From NCBI RefSeq assembly GCF_004010195.1, contig NC_057757.1, forward strand, positions 1,778,649 through 1,798,648: a stretch of DNA of 20,000 bases, in the 5' to 3' direction. The DNA comes from Chiloscyllium plagiosum (Eukaryota). Positions 1-10,842 of the stretch are shown here, piece after piece (within the stretch, counting starts at the first letter, position 1; each line of letters begins with the position of its first letter). A model generated the notes under the pieces. It was given only the letters and a program-made list of their open reading frames with translations, had not been told where the DNA came from and did not search any database. A program made the translations under genes and the position numbers.

Positions 1-489
1 ATTTCTTTCCCCCTTTCTCTTTTACTAGGATTTGCAAAGCGAGTGGTTAACAAAGGAAATATGAGGGAGATACCTAACTTTAAGGGATTTTTCTTCTGTT
101 TTTCCAATCAGAGGAGGGGGATAAAGAAAGAGGGATGCTTTCTGTTCGCTAGCTAAATGTTTCTGCTGTATTGTCTATACATAAGGCTGTAGCCACCTGC
201 CCAAGAACCAATCAAGAAGTTGTTACAATGCTGAGCTCTCCTGATAACTGGTACCAATTGAAAAGCAAATCAAAAGACTGTCTCTGAGCTGAATTGCCTT
301 GAACACACAGTTGGTGCAATTTGTTTAAACTTCTCCCTCACTGATTCATTACGGCAGCATTGCATAGACAACTCATAACATGGTCCTTGTTATTTGTTTC
401 TTAAGCTGCATGCATCTTCTTACACAATTTCCTCATTTTAAAGGCAGCATTCTTTTTCCCTATTCAGTCCAGAGTCTAAACAAAAAAGT

Positions 490-920
490 GTTTGTTACCC
501 AATTTCCTTTTGAAAGCATTGATCACTTCCATCAGCCTCATAGGCAGTGATTCTGCATTTAAAGGAAGTTCTTCCTTGCATTCTTCCTTCCTGCATTCTT
601 TGCCCAAAACCTTAAATCTCTGTCCGTAAATCCTTGTGCAACCAATAAATAAGAGTAGCATTTCTTTGTCTTCCTTGCTTAGATCTGTCATAACTTTGTG
701 CACTTCGATCAGATTTGCCCTCAGCCTCCTTTAAAGCAAGGAGGATTACCCTGTTTCTCCAAGCTAACCTAACAGTTAAATTCCCCTTTTCCTTGGATCA
801 GTTCTGGTAAATTTTCTCTGCAACCTCTCATGGATCGTCACATTATTTCTAAAGTGTTATTGATCAGAACCGGATGCAACACAGGTCGTCATCCAATGAG
901 ATCTTCATAAATGTACAGAT
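490..920 (-). mobile_element. Highly decayed CR1-type LINE, 3' part of ORF2
   Basis: Minus-strand remnants such as 'RIYGQRFKVLG', 'EVINAFKRKLG' and cagagaaaatttaccagaactgatccaagg (QRKFTRxIPG-like), typical of the CR1 ORF2 C-terminus. Confidence 0.65.
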
Positions 921-1504
921 TATGAGACAAAGGCCAGCCTTGCTCCAGTACTCAATAAGTTCATGACTGATCTCTTTATGATCCAATAACCTTTGATTAT
1001 CTTCATAATCAGAATCTATCTACCTTTTTATCTACTTTTTAATAGCATTATAAAGGATTTAGATTGTATATGTTCTTGTACGTACAACAGACTGCACCAA
1101 TAATAGAAGAGATGCTCTTGTATTGTGTGTACCAATCTAGCAAAATGCTAAATCCCACATGGTATTGATCTTTTATGTTACTGTAGCTGCACCATCCATG
1201 TAAATAGTGAGTTACGCACCTGATTCAGGGGAATAAGCTTATTATCCAGAAAGCCCTGTATAACTGTGTTGAGAGTACTGATATGGCTCAACAGAAACCT
1301 CTGATTAGTGTTGACCACTAAAATGGCAACACTGAGGATTTTGTCAGTTAAGTAGCGCATTTTGAGATTGAGAGCATTTAATGAGGCCTATGTAACCCAG
1401 TGTCACCTACCATTTATTAGCTCAAACCTGGGCATGAAGTAGCTCTTGCTGGCATGGGCTGCTTCATTATGGAAGGGTTTATGATTGGATCTGAACATTG
1501 AAGT

Positions 1505-1700
1505 TATCAGTAAACATGCCCCATTTCTGGCCTTACTTGTTTTATGGCCAAGGGAAGGTAATTGATGATGCAGTTCAAGATGGTTGAGCTGGAGACCTCT
1601 TGCAGTGATGTTTTAAGATTTTGATGATGTCCCCCAACAGCCACACTATTTTTTTTTGTGCCAGATATGTCTCCAGGAACGTTTTTCATTTGACCTCTTA
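1505..1700 (-). mobile_element. Decayed RT fragment of a shark non-LTR LINE (same family as 12715-13430 and 16545-17430)
   Basis: gggaaggtaattgatgatgcagttcaagatggttg is the reverse complement of the PTIFSCFINDLP-type RT motif seen at about 16560-16590. Confidence 0.55.
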
Positions 1701-1703
1701 TCA

Positions 1704-1975
1704 GCTATTACAAGGGGGCATAGCTTTAAATTAAGGGGGGGTAGGTATAGGACAGATGTTAGGGGTAGGTTCTTTACTCAGCGAGTCGTGAGTTCATGGA
1801 ATGCCCTGCCAGTAGCAGTGGTGGACTCTCCCTCATTATGGGCATTTAAGCGGGCATTGGATAGGCATATGGAGGATAGTGGGCTAGTGTAGGTTAGGTG
1901 GGCTTGGATCGGCGCAACATCGAGGGCCGAAGGGCCTGTACTGCGCTGTATTCTTCTATGTTCTATGTTCTATGT
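1704..1975 (+). mobile_element. Young, 5'-truncated CR1 LINE 3' end with (TTCTATG)n tail
   Basis: ORF ITRGHSFKLRGGRYRTDVRGRFFTQRVVSSWNALP...FKRALDRHM* (CR1 ORF2 C-terminus), 3' stem-loop gggccgaagggcc, tail ttctatg x3 at about 1954-1974. Many CpGs retained. Confidence 0.9.
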
Positions 1976-2465
1976 ATCGGACAGCAGTTCTATCCTGCCT
2001 CCCTCCAGTTGCTTGTTTTGATTGTCTATTAGAAATTTAGTTTTGTTTTAGTGCATAGACAATGGAACGTGTTTGTATTAATAATATATTTGAAATACAA
2101 CAAAAGAAAAATTTCACAGCTTACCAAAGGTCAAATGAACCAAAGTACTCACATAAGATGTAACCGTAGAAAAATAGCTTGTGGTAGCCAATAAAGTTCT
2201 ATCTTCCATTTTCTTCAGATTTGTAATTATGACCTTCCTAAATTTATACTCTTTCTGGCTTAAACTAATCTATAGGCTTTCATGTCGATAATTTTCTCTT
2301 TCTATTTGTCTGTATTCTGGCATCTTATGATTTAAAACTTTCGCAGAAAAGCATCAATGTTAAGAGCTAACAAGGCATACAAGGAACCGTCTTACCTAGT
2401 GTCTTTTATTAAGTTATTGGAATCTCTAGTTAATGCCAGAGAAATGAGCCTTTGGAGAAATTTGA

Positions 2466-3005
2466 ACTAGTTAGCAGAACTGAAAATGTGTTGCTGGAAA
2501 AGCGCAGCAGGTCAGGCAGCATCCAAGGAACAGGAGAATCGACGTTTCGGCCCTTCTTCAGGAATGAGGAAAGTGTGTCCAGCAGGCTAATATAAAAGGT
2601 AGGGAGGAGGGACTTGGGGGAGGGGCGTTGGAAATNNNNNNNNNNNNNNNNNNNNNNNNNNNNNNNNNNNNNNNNNNNNNNNCTTGGACTCAGCACCGCC
2701 TTCTTGACCTGCAATCTTCTTCCCGACCTCTCCGCTCCCAACCCCTCTCCGGCCTATCACCCTCACCTTGACCTCCTTCCACCTATCGCATTTCCAATGC
2801 CCCTTCCCCAAGTCCCTCCTCCCTACCTTTTATCTTAGCCTGCTGGACACACTTTCCTCATTCCTGAAGAAGGGCTTATGCCCAAAACATCGATTCTCCT
2901 GTTCCTTGGATGCTGCCTGACCTGCTGCGCTTTTCCAGCAACACATTTTCAGCTCTGATCTCCAGCATCTGCAGTCCTCGCTTTCTCCCCGACTAGTTAG
3001 CAGAA
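2466..3005. mobile_element. Penelope-like element with inverted pLTR arms and a 14-bp TSD (internal part falls in an assembly gap)
   Basis: TSD actagttagcagaa at 2466-2479 and 2992-3005. Inverted arms of about 160 bp at 2480-2635 and 2790-2952. Each arm carries a degenerate hammerhead motif (ctgaagaagggc...ccgaaacgtc). Confidence 0.85.
2636..2682. other. Assembly gap (47 N)
   Basis: Run of N between the inverted arms. Confidence 0.99.
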
Positions 3006-3074
3006 GCCAGCATACGACATTCACAGCAGTTCTAAATGATACTGTTAACTAAAATTGAAGTTCATGGAAGTCAC

Positions 3075-3218
3075 AGCAAATTATTGACTTAGTTAGGAGA
3101 CTTGTGAGACAATTAGAGGTAGTCAAGTATTAAGCATGTACTCAAATTTAGTGAAACTGTACAGCACCCATGGACCTGGACCAGGGCCTCAACTGTTCAG
3201 TATATTTATTAATGACCC
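3075..3218 (+). mobile_element. Short decayed CR1 RT fragment
   Basis: gggcctcaactgttcagtatatttattaatgacc = GPQLFSIFIND (RT motif B' region). Confidence 0.5.
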
Positions 3219-4689
3219 ATGTGCAGTTCTAGGCACCCAAATCATGGATTGAACCAGGGCTCTTCCCTAGGTCTCTTAGTGTTTACTTGCTTTGCAGCTG
3301 CTTCAATGCTCACAGCATATCAGCCTTGTTTTGCTTTGCCTTTATACACTTTGCCACCACAGCCAGACTTAAATACTCATAATATTTCTGTCTTGCCTTT
3401 TAATGCAGGCACTATGCCAGTTGGTGCATTTTGATTGTCAGCAATAATCAGTTAAGGGAGTGAACATGTTCCTGTATGGCACCGTGCTATGTCAGTATCA
3501 CACCTGCATCGTATTTGCCAAATGTACTGAATGCGCTTCAGCCAAAAGCTATGCCTGAAAGTGAAACGCTAGTGGTCTTCAGTTAGGTAAAGGGAGAAAG
3601 CCTTCAATCAGAGGGTCCCGACATAGTGAGGGCTCCATCCGATATCTCTTGCAAGGGATATGGATCACGGCCAATTCTGCAGATCCAGTGCAGTCAGTCT
3701 GGAGAATAATGGTAAGTCAATCTGGGAGCTTCACAGAGGTCAGTTAGGGGTCCTGTAACACGCCAGGTGTAGATGTCTATCCAAGTCAGTCAGGTGGCAC
3801 TGCTTTGGTTAGGAAGTTAATGAAGTCAGATCTAGGGATTGAGATGCAGAGGGAGCAGTAATTGTGAAGGGAATAACTCAATACCGGGAAGGGAAGAGAG
3901 ATGATAGTTCATTGAGGAGATGGTTTATCAATGGTCAAAACCATCCTAGCTTCAATGGGAGGTAGTGCGGCTCGATGTTTGGAATGTCTAACCTGTAGGG
4001 TGATGACTCAGGTGTAATGTTAGGAGATGAAGTTATAATTCAGGAAAGGTGAGTGGGAGCACTTTTTCTAAGCTCAGTATTAATGGGTTCAACTGATACT
4101 GCAAAGAAAGGAACATGGAGGATCATAGAATTCTTGACCACCAGGCTGAACCTGTGAGTCACTGTTGACACAATCTGCATTGTTTTCATGCAAGACATAA
4201 ATAAGAACTGGAAATGGAAAATGGCCGTCACTAGAGTAGGCAGAGTAATTTTTTTCTGTCTGAATATTGGGCTCTACATGTGAATGATGTGAAGTCATTG
4301 AAGGTGCAATTGGGATAATTGGGCCCTTTATTAGTATAGATTTAAGTTATTTGTAATCATAGTACCATGCTCAACTTCCAACTATGTGGGTTACAATTTC
4401 CTCATTATAAGCATGTTATTAATCATTATGCATTGATGTAGTCATTTCTGTGAAACAGATATACCCATAGGCAACGTTAAAAATCATAGCTGTGGTCCAC
4501 AATTCACAAAGGCAATCTAAGATCTCCTGGGCTACACAAGGGCACAGAGCTTATTCCTCTCACCTTGAACTAAATATTTCCCACATGCTCTAATATGCAC
4601 TGCTGCTTTTCTTGGATATTCTGGGGTTGGGGGACAAAGTTTCACCAATTGTTCCAAACCCTCAGCCTGACAGCGAAGTTCTGTAGCTT

Positions 4690-4900
4690 GGCGGAGGGTG
4701 GGGCCTTGCATTCAACCCCACATGCAGTGTGCCACATAATTGTAACATGCTGTGCTTTGCACAACTGGAGCAGGCAAAGTGGAGATATGATGGATGCTGA
4801 AGAGCTGCGAGAACAGCAGCAGTCTTCCAAGGAGGAAGATGAAGATATTTGGCATGAGCTGCATCATCGAACACAACAAGGCAGAGAAGACTTAATTGAC
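4690..4900 (+). mobile_element. PIF/Harbinger transposase relic (C-terminal part of the DDE_Tnp_4/HARBI1-like domain)
   Basis: ORF 4595-5014 contains GGALHSTPHAVCHIIVTCCALHN followed by an acidic stretch and GREDLI, resembling the Harbinger consensus GGALQYSP.KV..II.ACC.LHN...R..LI. Confidence 0.7.
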
Positions 4901-4911
4901 AAAAAGATTTC

Positions 4912-5018
4912 AGAAACTAAAACAGGAATTGCAGGAAAATCTCAGCAAGTCTGGCAACATTTGTGGACAGAAGGTAGAGTTGCCCTTGAAGAGCCATTGG
5001 ACCCAAAACGTTAAGACT
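4912..5018. mobile_element. Fragment of a PLE-derived fold-back element (family of 15305-15476 and 18275-18770)
   Basis: aaaacaggaattgcaggaaaatctcagcaagtctggcaacatttgtgg...gagtt matches aaaacagaagttgctggaaaagctcagcacgtctggcagtatctgtg at 15346-15391. Confidence 0.6.
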
Positions 5019-6028
5019 TAATTGATCCCTGGTTACAGTGCCATGATCACTCATTGACTAAATTTATTGTTGCTGGAAACTCGAGCAATCCTTTTCCATT
5101 CCCAAAGGCAAATGCAGTTTCTGTTTTCTTTTTTTTTTCTTTGCTTTTGCTGCTATTGAACATAAATGGGCATTTTCAACCATTTGGAAGGCTTTCGGGT
5201 ATGTAATGCTCCACACTGAACGATGAAAAAATGCTAGGCTACACCAGTAAATGGGGAGAGAATAGTTCTCTTTTAGACAAGCTAAAATGGGATTATGCTA
5301 AGGACGGGTAACCTGTGTAGCTTGTTTCTTAAATCGCAATACTTTTACTCATGTGAACTTCTATTTGCAATGAAATGTCAGCCTTGCCACCTGTGTACCT
5401 TGAGAATCACTTGTTTTTGGATCCCCTCTCATCATGTGCATGGTGAAGGACAACTTGTAACTACCAGCGCCTGTTCTGATGGCCAATTGGACATTAAAAA
5501 TGCCATGAGTGTCAGGATCTCAGGAGTTTCCAGCAATGGCAAGTACTTGTACTTCTGGCAAGAGGGAAGAGAGGATATAGTGGTGTGGTGCAAAGTCATG
5601 AGGCAAATTTTAGAGAATAGCATTTTGAAATCTCACTAGGGTTCACAGTGAGAAACCCTCCACAGAACTCACTAAAATTGTTACTTTACCGAGTTTTGGT
5701 AAAATTTAGTCCTTCTTCTGTGGTAAAGTGTGACTTGTTGAAATATAAACAAAGATAATTCCATTTTACCAAACTTTGTTAGACTGCAGTTAATGTTAAA
5801 ATTTCCTGTCTACGTGTTTATTCATTTTGTTTCGCTTCTGTTGAAAGTAGGAAAAGTATTTTGCCTTTTTATTTACAGTTAGAAATCCATCCTCAATACT
5901 GTGTGTTGAGTTATCAACCAGAGAAGCAAAACAAGCACATTAATGTCTTGTGCTAAAGACGAAAAACAGGTAAGGAATACCCAAGGTTTTGGGTGTAGGT
6001 TTGCTCGCTAAGCTGGAAGATTCGTTTT

Positions 6029-6066
6029 CAGACATTTCGTCACCATACTAGGTAACATCTTCAGTG
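6029..6066 (-). ncRNA. Minimal hammerhead ribozyme motif in the PLE pLTR
   Basis: Minus strand: CA CUGAAGA U GUUACC UAGUAU GGUGAC GAAA UGUC UG. Six-bp stem II, stem I CA/UG, GUC triplet. The stem III palindrome is altered (ACGU to AUGU). Confidence 0.6.
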
Positions 6067-6131
6067 AGCCTCCGAATGAAGCACTGGTGGTGTAGTCCAC
6101 TTTCTATTTATATGTTTGAGTTCCCTTGGGT

Positions 6132-6185
6132 TGGTGATGCCATTTCCTGTGGTGACATCATTTCCTATGGTGATGTCATTTCCTG
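6132..6185. repeat. 3 x 18-bp tandem repeat inside the PLE 3' region
   Basis: tggtgatgccatttcctg / tggtgacatcatttccta / tggtgatgtcatttcctg. Confidence 0.85.
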
Positions 6186-7082
6186 TTCTTTTTCTCAGTT
6201 GATAAATGGGATCCAAGTCAATGTGTTTGTTGATAGAGTTCCAGTTGAAATGCATGCTTGTAGGAATTCTCGTGCGTGTCTCTGTTTGGCTTGTTCTAGG
6301 ATGGACGTGTTGTCCCATTGAAGTGGTGTCCTTCATCCATATGTAAGGATTCTAGTGAGAGTGGGTCATACCGTTTTGTGGTAAGATGATGTTAATGTGT
6401 CCTGGTGGCTAGTTTTCTGCCTGTTTGTCCAATGTAGTGTTTGTTACAGATCTTGCAAGGTATTTTGTAGATGACATTAATTTTGTTTGTTGTCTGTATA
6501 ACGTCTTTCAAGTTCATTAGCTGCTGTTTTAATGTGTTGATGGGTTTATGGGCTACCATGATGCCAAGAGGTCTGAGTAGTGTGGCAGTCATTTCCGAGA
6601 TGTCTTTGATGTAGGTGAGAGGGGCTAGGGTTTCTGGACATGTTTTGTCTGCTTGTTTGGGTTTGTTGCTCAGAAATTGGCGGACTGTGTTCATTGGATA
6701 CCTGTTCTTTTTGAATACACTGTGTAGGTGGTTTTCCTCTGCTTTGCGTAGTTCCTCTGTGGTGCAGTGTGTGGGGGTTCATTGAAATGATGTTCTAATG
6801 CAGCTTCGTTTGTGGATGATGGGATGATTGCTTCTGTAGTTCAATATTTGGTTTGTATATGTTGTTTTCCTGTAGATGCTAGTTTGAAGTTCCCCATTGG
6901 CTGTTCATTCTACTGCGACATCTAGGAATGGCAGTTGGTTGTTGTTTTCCTCCTCTTTAGTGAATTTTATGCCAGTAAGGGTATTATTGATGGTCTTGAA
7001 GGCTTCCTATAATTTGTTTCGTTTAGTGATGACAAACATGTCATCCATGTAGCAGACCCAAAATTTGGGTTTGATGTTTGAT

Positions 7083-7475
7083 AGAAGAGGATGAAATAAT
7101 GGTCTCCTTTGACATAACAGCCCTGTTCACATCCATCAACATCAACTGGCCAAGGAAACACTGACTATATTATTAGAAGAACCAAAGACACATACCCAAA
7201 CACCACCAACTTCAGTAAGGACAGTATCGTCAAGCTAGTGGACCTATGCCTTACCACCCACTTCACCTTCAACAACAAAACCTACAGACAAACCATCGGA
7301 ACACCCGGGATCTCCGATATCAGGGTTCTTAGCAGAGGCAGTAATGCAGAGACTCGAACAAACAGCTCTGCTAACCATCCAACCCAAACTTTGGGTCCGC
7401 TACGTGGATGACACCTTTGTCATCAGTAAACGGAATAAATTAGAGTAAACCTTCAAGACCCTTACTGATATAAAA
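7083..7475 (+). mobile_element. Inverted PLE RT core fragment (motifs A-C)
   Basis: Plus strand encodes EEDEIMVSFDITALFTSIN...GSPISGFLAEAVMQRLEQTALLTIQPKLWVRYVDDTFVI, with frameshifts. Confidence 0.9.
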
Positions 7476-7559
7476 AGGGGCCTCAGATTTATTAGAAAGA
7501 GTCATATATCCATGATTACTGATAATATTATGCTTGGGGTGTAAGTCATACAGAGAGAA

Positions 7560-8190
7560 GCATTAAATTACAAAGATTGTTAGAGTAAGTGGGTGGACAA
7601 AGCTATGGATTTCAATGCAAGTGGATGATCAGAGTATTATTTAAATGGGTAAGAGCTAGAAACAAAGGATAAAGAAACTTGTCGGACCATGTCCTCAAAT
7701 AATAAGATGTAGTTGTACAAAATGCAAACCTATTGGAATGATACCTTTTATGTAAAGGTGTTAATGATGGAATGGCGTTTACTACGAATGGTTAGGTCAC
7801 ATCGAGAGGCTGCTGTACACTAAAGGGAACTGCAACTTAAAAAGGATATTTAACATGGAATTGGGTATAACACAGACTCATGAGAATGTAAAAAGGGCTC
7901 CCCTGATTAGATTGTGAGAAGAAAGTACATAAACTGCCTATATTCCCTGTCATTTTGAAGATCAAACAATGATTTTATTGAGGTTTATAAGATTTTGAAG
8001 ATGATTAGTGGGCTAAAGAGAAATTTTTCCATTGGTATTAGAATCTAGTATTAAATTCACGCCAGGTCATTTACAAATTAGGTTGGGAGAATTTCCATGC
8101 AAATCTTGGTGCAAGCATTGAAATTTTTTCTCATAAACAACAAGCAAGACAGAAATTCATTGACACTTGGTTCCAATAGATGTGAGCTGG
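7560..8190 (+). mobile_element. Highly decayed CR1 LINE ORF2 3' region
   Basis: Residual motifs aaaaggatatt (KDI), gattttattgaggtttataagattttgaag (DxIEVYKILK) and ggttaggtcacatc (VRPHL-like). Confidence 0.55.
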
Positions 8191-8394
8191 GTGCAGTGAT
8201 CATTCATTGACAGTAGATTTGCTGTTCCACATAAGGCAAGTGGTCCCTGTTAGTCACCAGAAGCAAATGCAGCTTTTTGTTTTGTTTTGTTTGTTTCCTG
8301 TTTGCTTTTGCTGGCATTCAATTAATGTTGATACTTCAACACATTGAGTCTGTGCTGGTCAAAATCAAGAACTTAACTATTCTAATTCTGTTTT

Positions 8395-10290
8395 CTAGCA
8401 CTTGGCCCATAGCCTTGTATATCCTGACTTCTTAAATGTTGTTTCTGCCCCTATCGCCTGTGCAGACAATTATTTCTAGATTCCCACCATGCCCTGGGTG
8501 AAAAAACTTTTCCCCACATCCCTCTCAACCTGTAAATCTATGCCTCCGTGCCATTGATTCCTCCACCAAAGAGAAAGGTCGTTTCAAGTCTTCCCCACCT
8601 ATACCTCCTCACAATTTTATTCATCTCAATCATGTCCCCCTTGAGCCTTCTGTGCTCCAAGGAAAACAACCCACTTTATCCAATCCCTCTTCGTAATTAA
8701 AACTTTGCAGCCCAGGCAACATCCAAGTGAACCTCCTCTGCACCCTCTCCAGTGCAATCATATCTCTCCTCCAATGTGGATTCCAGACTCCACAAAATAC
8801 TGTCACCGCACCCTAACCAACATTTTATATAGTTCTAGCATAACCTCTGTGCTGTTAAATTCCATGCCTTAGTTAATAAAGTCAAAATGTCCCGTATGTC
8901 TTCTTAGCCTTGCTCCTACTACTGTAAGGTTACTTTGATCCTCAGTGCTTCCCAGGACCTAACTGTTCATCCTGTGTTCTCTTGCCTTGTTTGTCCTTCC
9001 CAAGTTCATCACCTCATATGCTTTGGACTGAATTCCATTTGCCACTGATCAGTCTATCTGTCCATCTGTATTCTCCTATAACCTAAGGCTATCCTCCTCA
9101 CTGTCTGCCAACCTAAGAATTTAATGATTAACCTTCCTACTTTAAAGTCTAAATCGCTCTTAAATGGTACAAATAAATGAGGGCCCCAATTCTAGTCCTT
9201 GCTGAATCCCATTGGACAAGGGTTCCAATCATAGTCCTTGACCATCACTCTCTGCTTTCTGCTAGTCACCCAGTTCTGGATCCAATTAATCAAGTTTCCT
9301 TGGATCCCATGGGCTCTTACCTTTGCTGTCATTCCCCCATGAGGGATCTTATCAGAAGCCTTCCTGAAGTCAAAGTAGATTATGTCAAATGTATTGCCTT
9401 CATCTACATGTCATTGTCTCTTTGAAAAATTCAGTCAAGTATATCAGACATGACCTCCCCTTAACAAAACCGTGCTGACTGTTCTTGATTAATCCCTGCC
9501 TCTCCTGTCCTTCAGAGTCACTTTCAATAGTCTCATGACCACTGAGATTAGACAGATTGGCCCATAGTCTCCTTGTTTATCACTTCTTCCTTCTTGAGTA
9601 ATGGTATCACATTAGCTGTCCTCTAGTCCAGTGCCACCTAGCCTATTGTCTGAGAAGAATTGAAAATTACTGCCAACACTCCTGTTACTTCCTCCCTTGC
9701 CTCATTCAACAACCAGAGATACATTTCACCCAGCCCTGGAAATTTATCTACTTATAATTCTTCCAGACCATTCAGAACTTATTGCTAATTTCTTTAATTA
9801 TGTCACTGTCCTCCCCCCAGTTTCTGTACTCACATTGTGCCCCCTCACTAGTAGTAATTTTAAATCCTATGTCCTCTGCCTCCACGCATAAATAACCTTG
9901 TAGTCTTTCTCTAGTTATCCTCTTACTGTAAATATATTTGTAAAATAACTTAGGATTTTCCTTTATTTTATCTGCTATTAATCTTTCATGTCTCCCTCCC
10001 CCACTCTGTTTTGCTGTCCTGATTTTCTTTTTCAGTTCCTCTCATGCACATTCTTTGAGGGCTTATGCTGTCAGTGTCTGCCATAAGCCTCCCTTTCTGT
10101 CTTTATCCAATTCTGTATATCCCTCACTATCCAGGAGTTATTGGATTTGTTGGACCCTACATTTATTGGAATGTGTTGGCCCTCTGCTCTCCCTATTCAA
10201 TCTTGAATGCATCCCACTACACTGACTCATATTTACCCACAAGTAAATTTGGCAAAATGATATCTCATGGTATTAAAACAGCCTTCCCCC
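8395..10290 (-). mobile_element. Old CR1 LINE, about 1.9 kb of ORF2 with many indels
   Basis: Reverse complement shows CR1 motifs: gtagatgaaggcaatacatttgacataatctactttgacttcaggaaggcttctgataagatccctcat (VDxGxxxDIxYxDFxKAFDKxPH), cagcacggttttgttaagggg (QHGFVKG) and gcactggagagggtgcagaggagg (ALERVQRR). Confidence 0.85.
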
Positions 10291-10559
10291 TAGCCTTTCC
10301 GACTGTGACTGCATTTCAAAGGTTGAAAGTTGTCACAACCTTTGGTGAGAATTGAGAGAGTAGGGTGGGAGTGATGGAGATCACTGATGAGAGCAGCTGT
10401 TGTGGGATAGAAGATTAGTAAGGCTGGGCAGGAGGTGATGCAAAGCCCTGTGGTGGCCATGTGCTGCCTAGAGTTTACAACTTTAAAATCTCAGCTTGTG
10501 ACCCACTTTAGGTCCCAATCTCCAGTTAGGAAGCCTTGACATAAAATATACACCATTTG

Positions 10560-10780
10560 GCCCCACCAATCAATGCTAATTTCTTCTGAATAGTGAATTT
10601 CATGACCTCAATCTTTTATCAATAGTTATGCTTTTTCCCACAAGTGGAAGCATTCTTTGTATCCACTCAGTCAAAATATTTTGTCATTTTAAACATCTCT
10701 ATTAGGTCTCTCCTCTCCTGCTTTATTCAAGAATAAGAAACCTAGCCTGTCATCTTTTCTAATATACAATTGTAACTTCT
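10560..10780 (-). mobile_element. Decayed CR1 fragment
   Basis: ggagagacctaatagagatgtttaaaatgacaaaatattttgactgagtggatac on the minus strand (RGDLIExFKIxxxFDRVD-like). Confidence 0.5.
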
Positions 10781-10842
10781 GGCTGCCAAACCATCTGCCA
10801 GTGGAAACAGTTTCTCATCTACTCAGAAACAGAAATCCCCTT

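Larger units (their letters stand above)
5985..7080 (-). mobile_element. Penelope-like retroelement 3' part: RT C-terminus, GIY-YIG endonuclease and pLTR with hammerhead (pseudogenised)
   Basis: Minus strand encodes KPKFWVCYMDDMFVI...GIKFTKEEENNNQLPFLDV (RT) and NVIYKIPCKICNKHYIGQTGRKL (GIY-YIG), with stops and frameshifts. Hammerhead at 6029-6066. Confidence 0.92.

Noticed and set aside
1..450. Possible 3' end of a neighbouring gene or a regulatory region
   Set aside because: No recognisable coding exon or motif.
2430..3024. Several short ORFs on both strands
   Set aside because: Produced by the inverted pLTR arms and the N gap; not genes.
3780..4300. Possible very old L2 fragment on the minus strand
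   Set aside because: Too decayed to support with specific motifs.
6132..6185. Spaced repeats resembling a CRISPR array
   Set aside because: Plain 18-bp tandem repeat without spacers, inside a eukaryotic retroelement.
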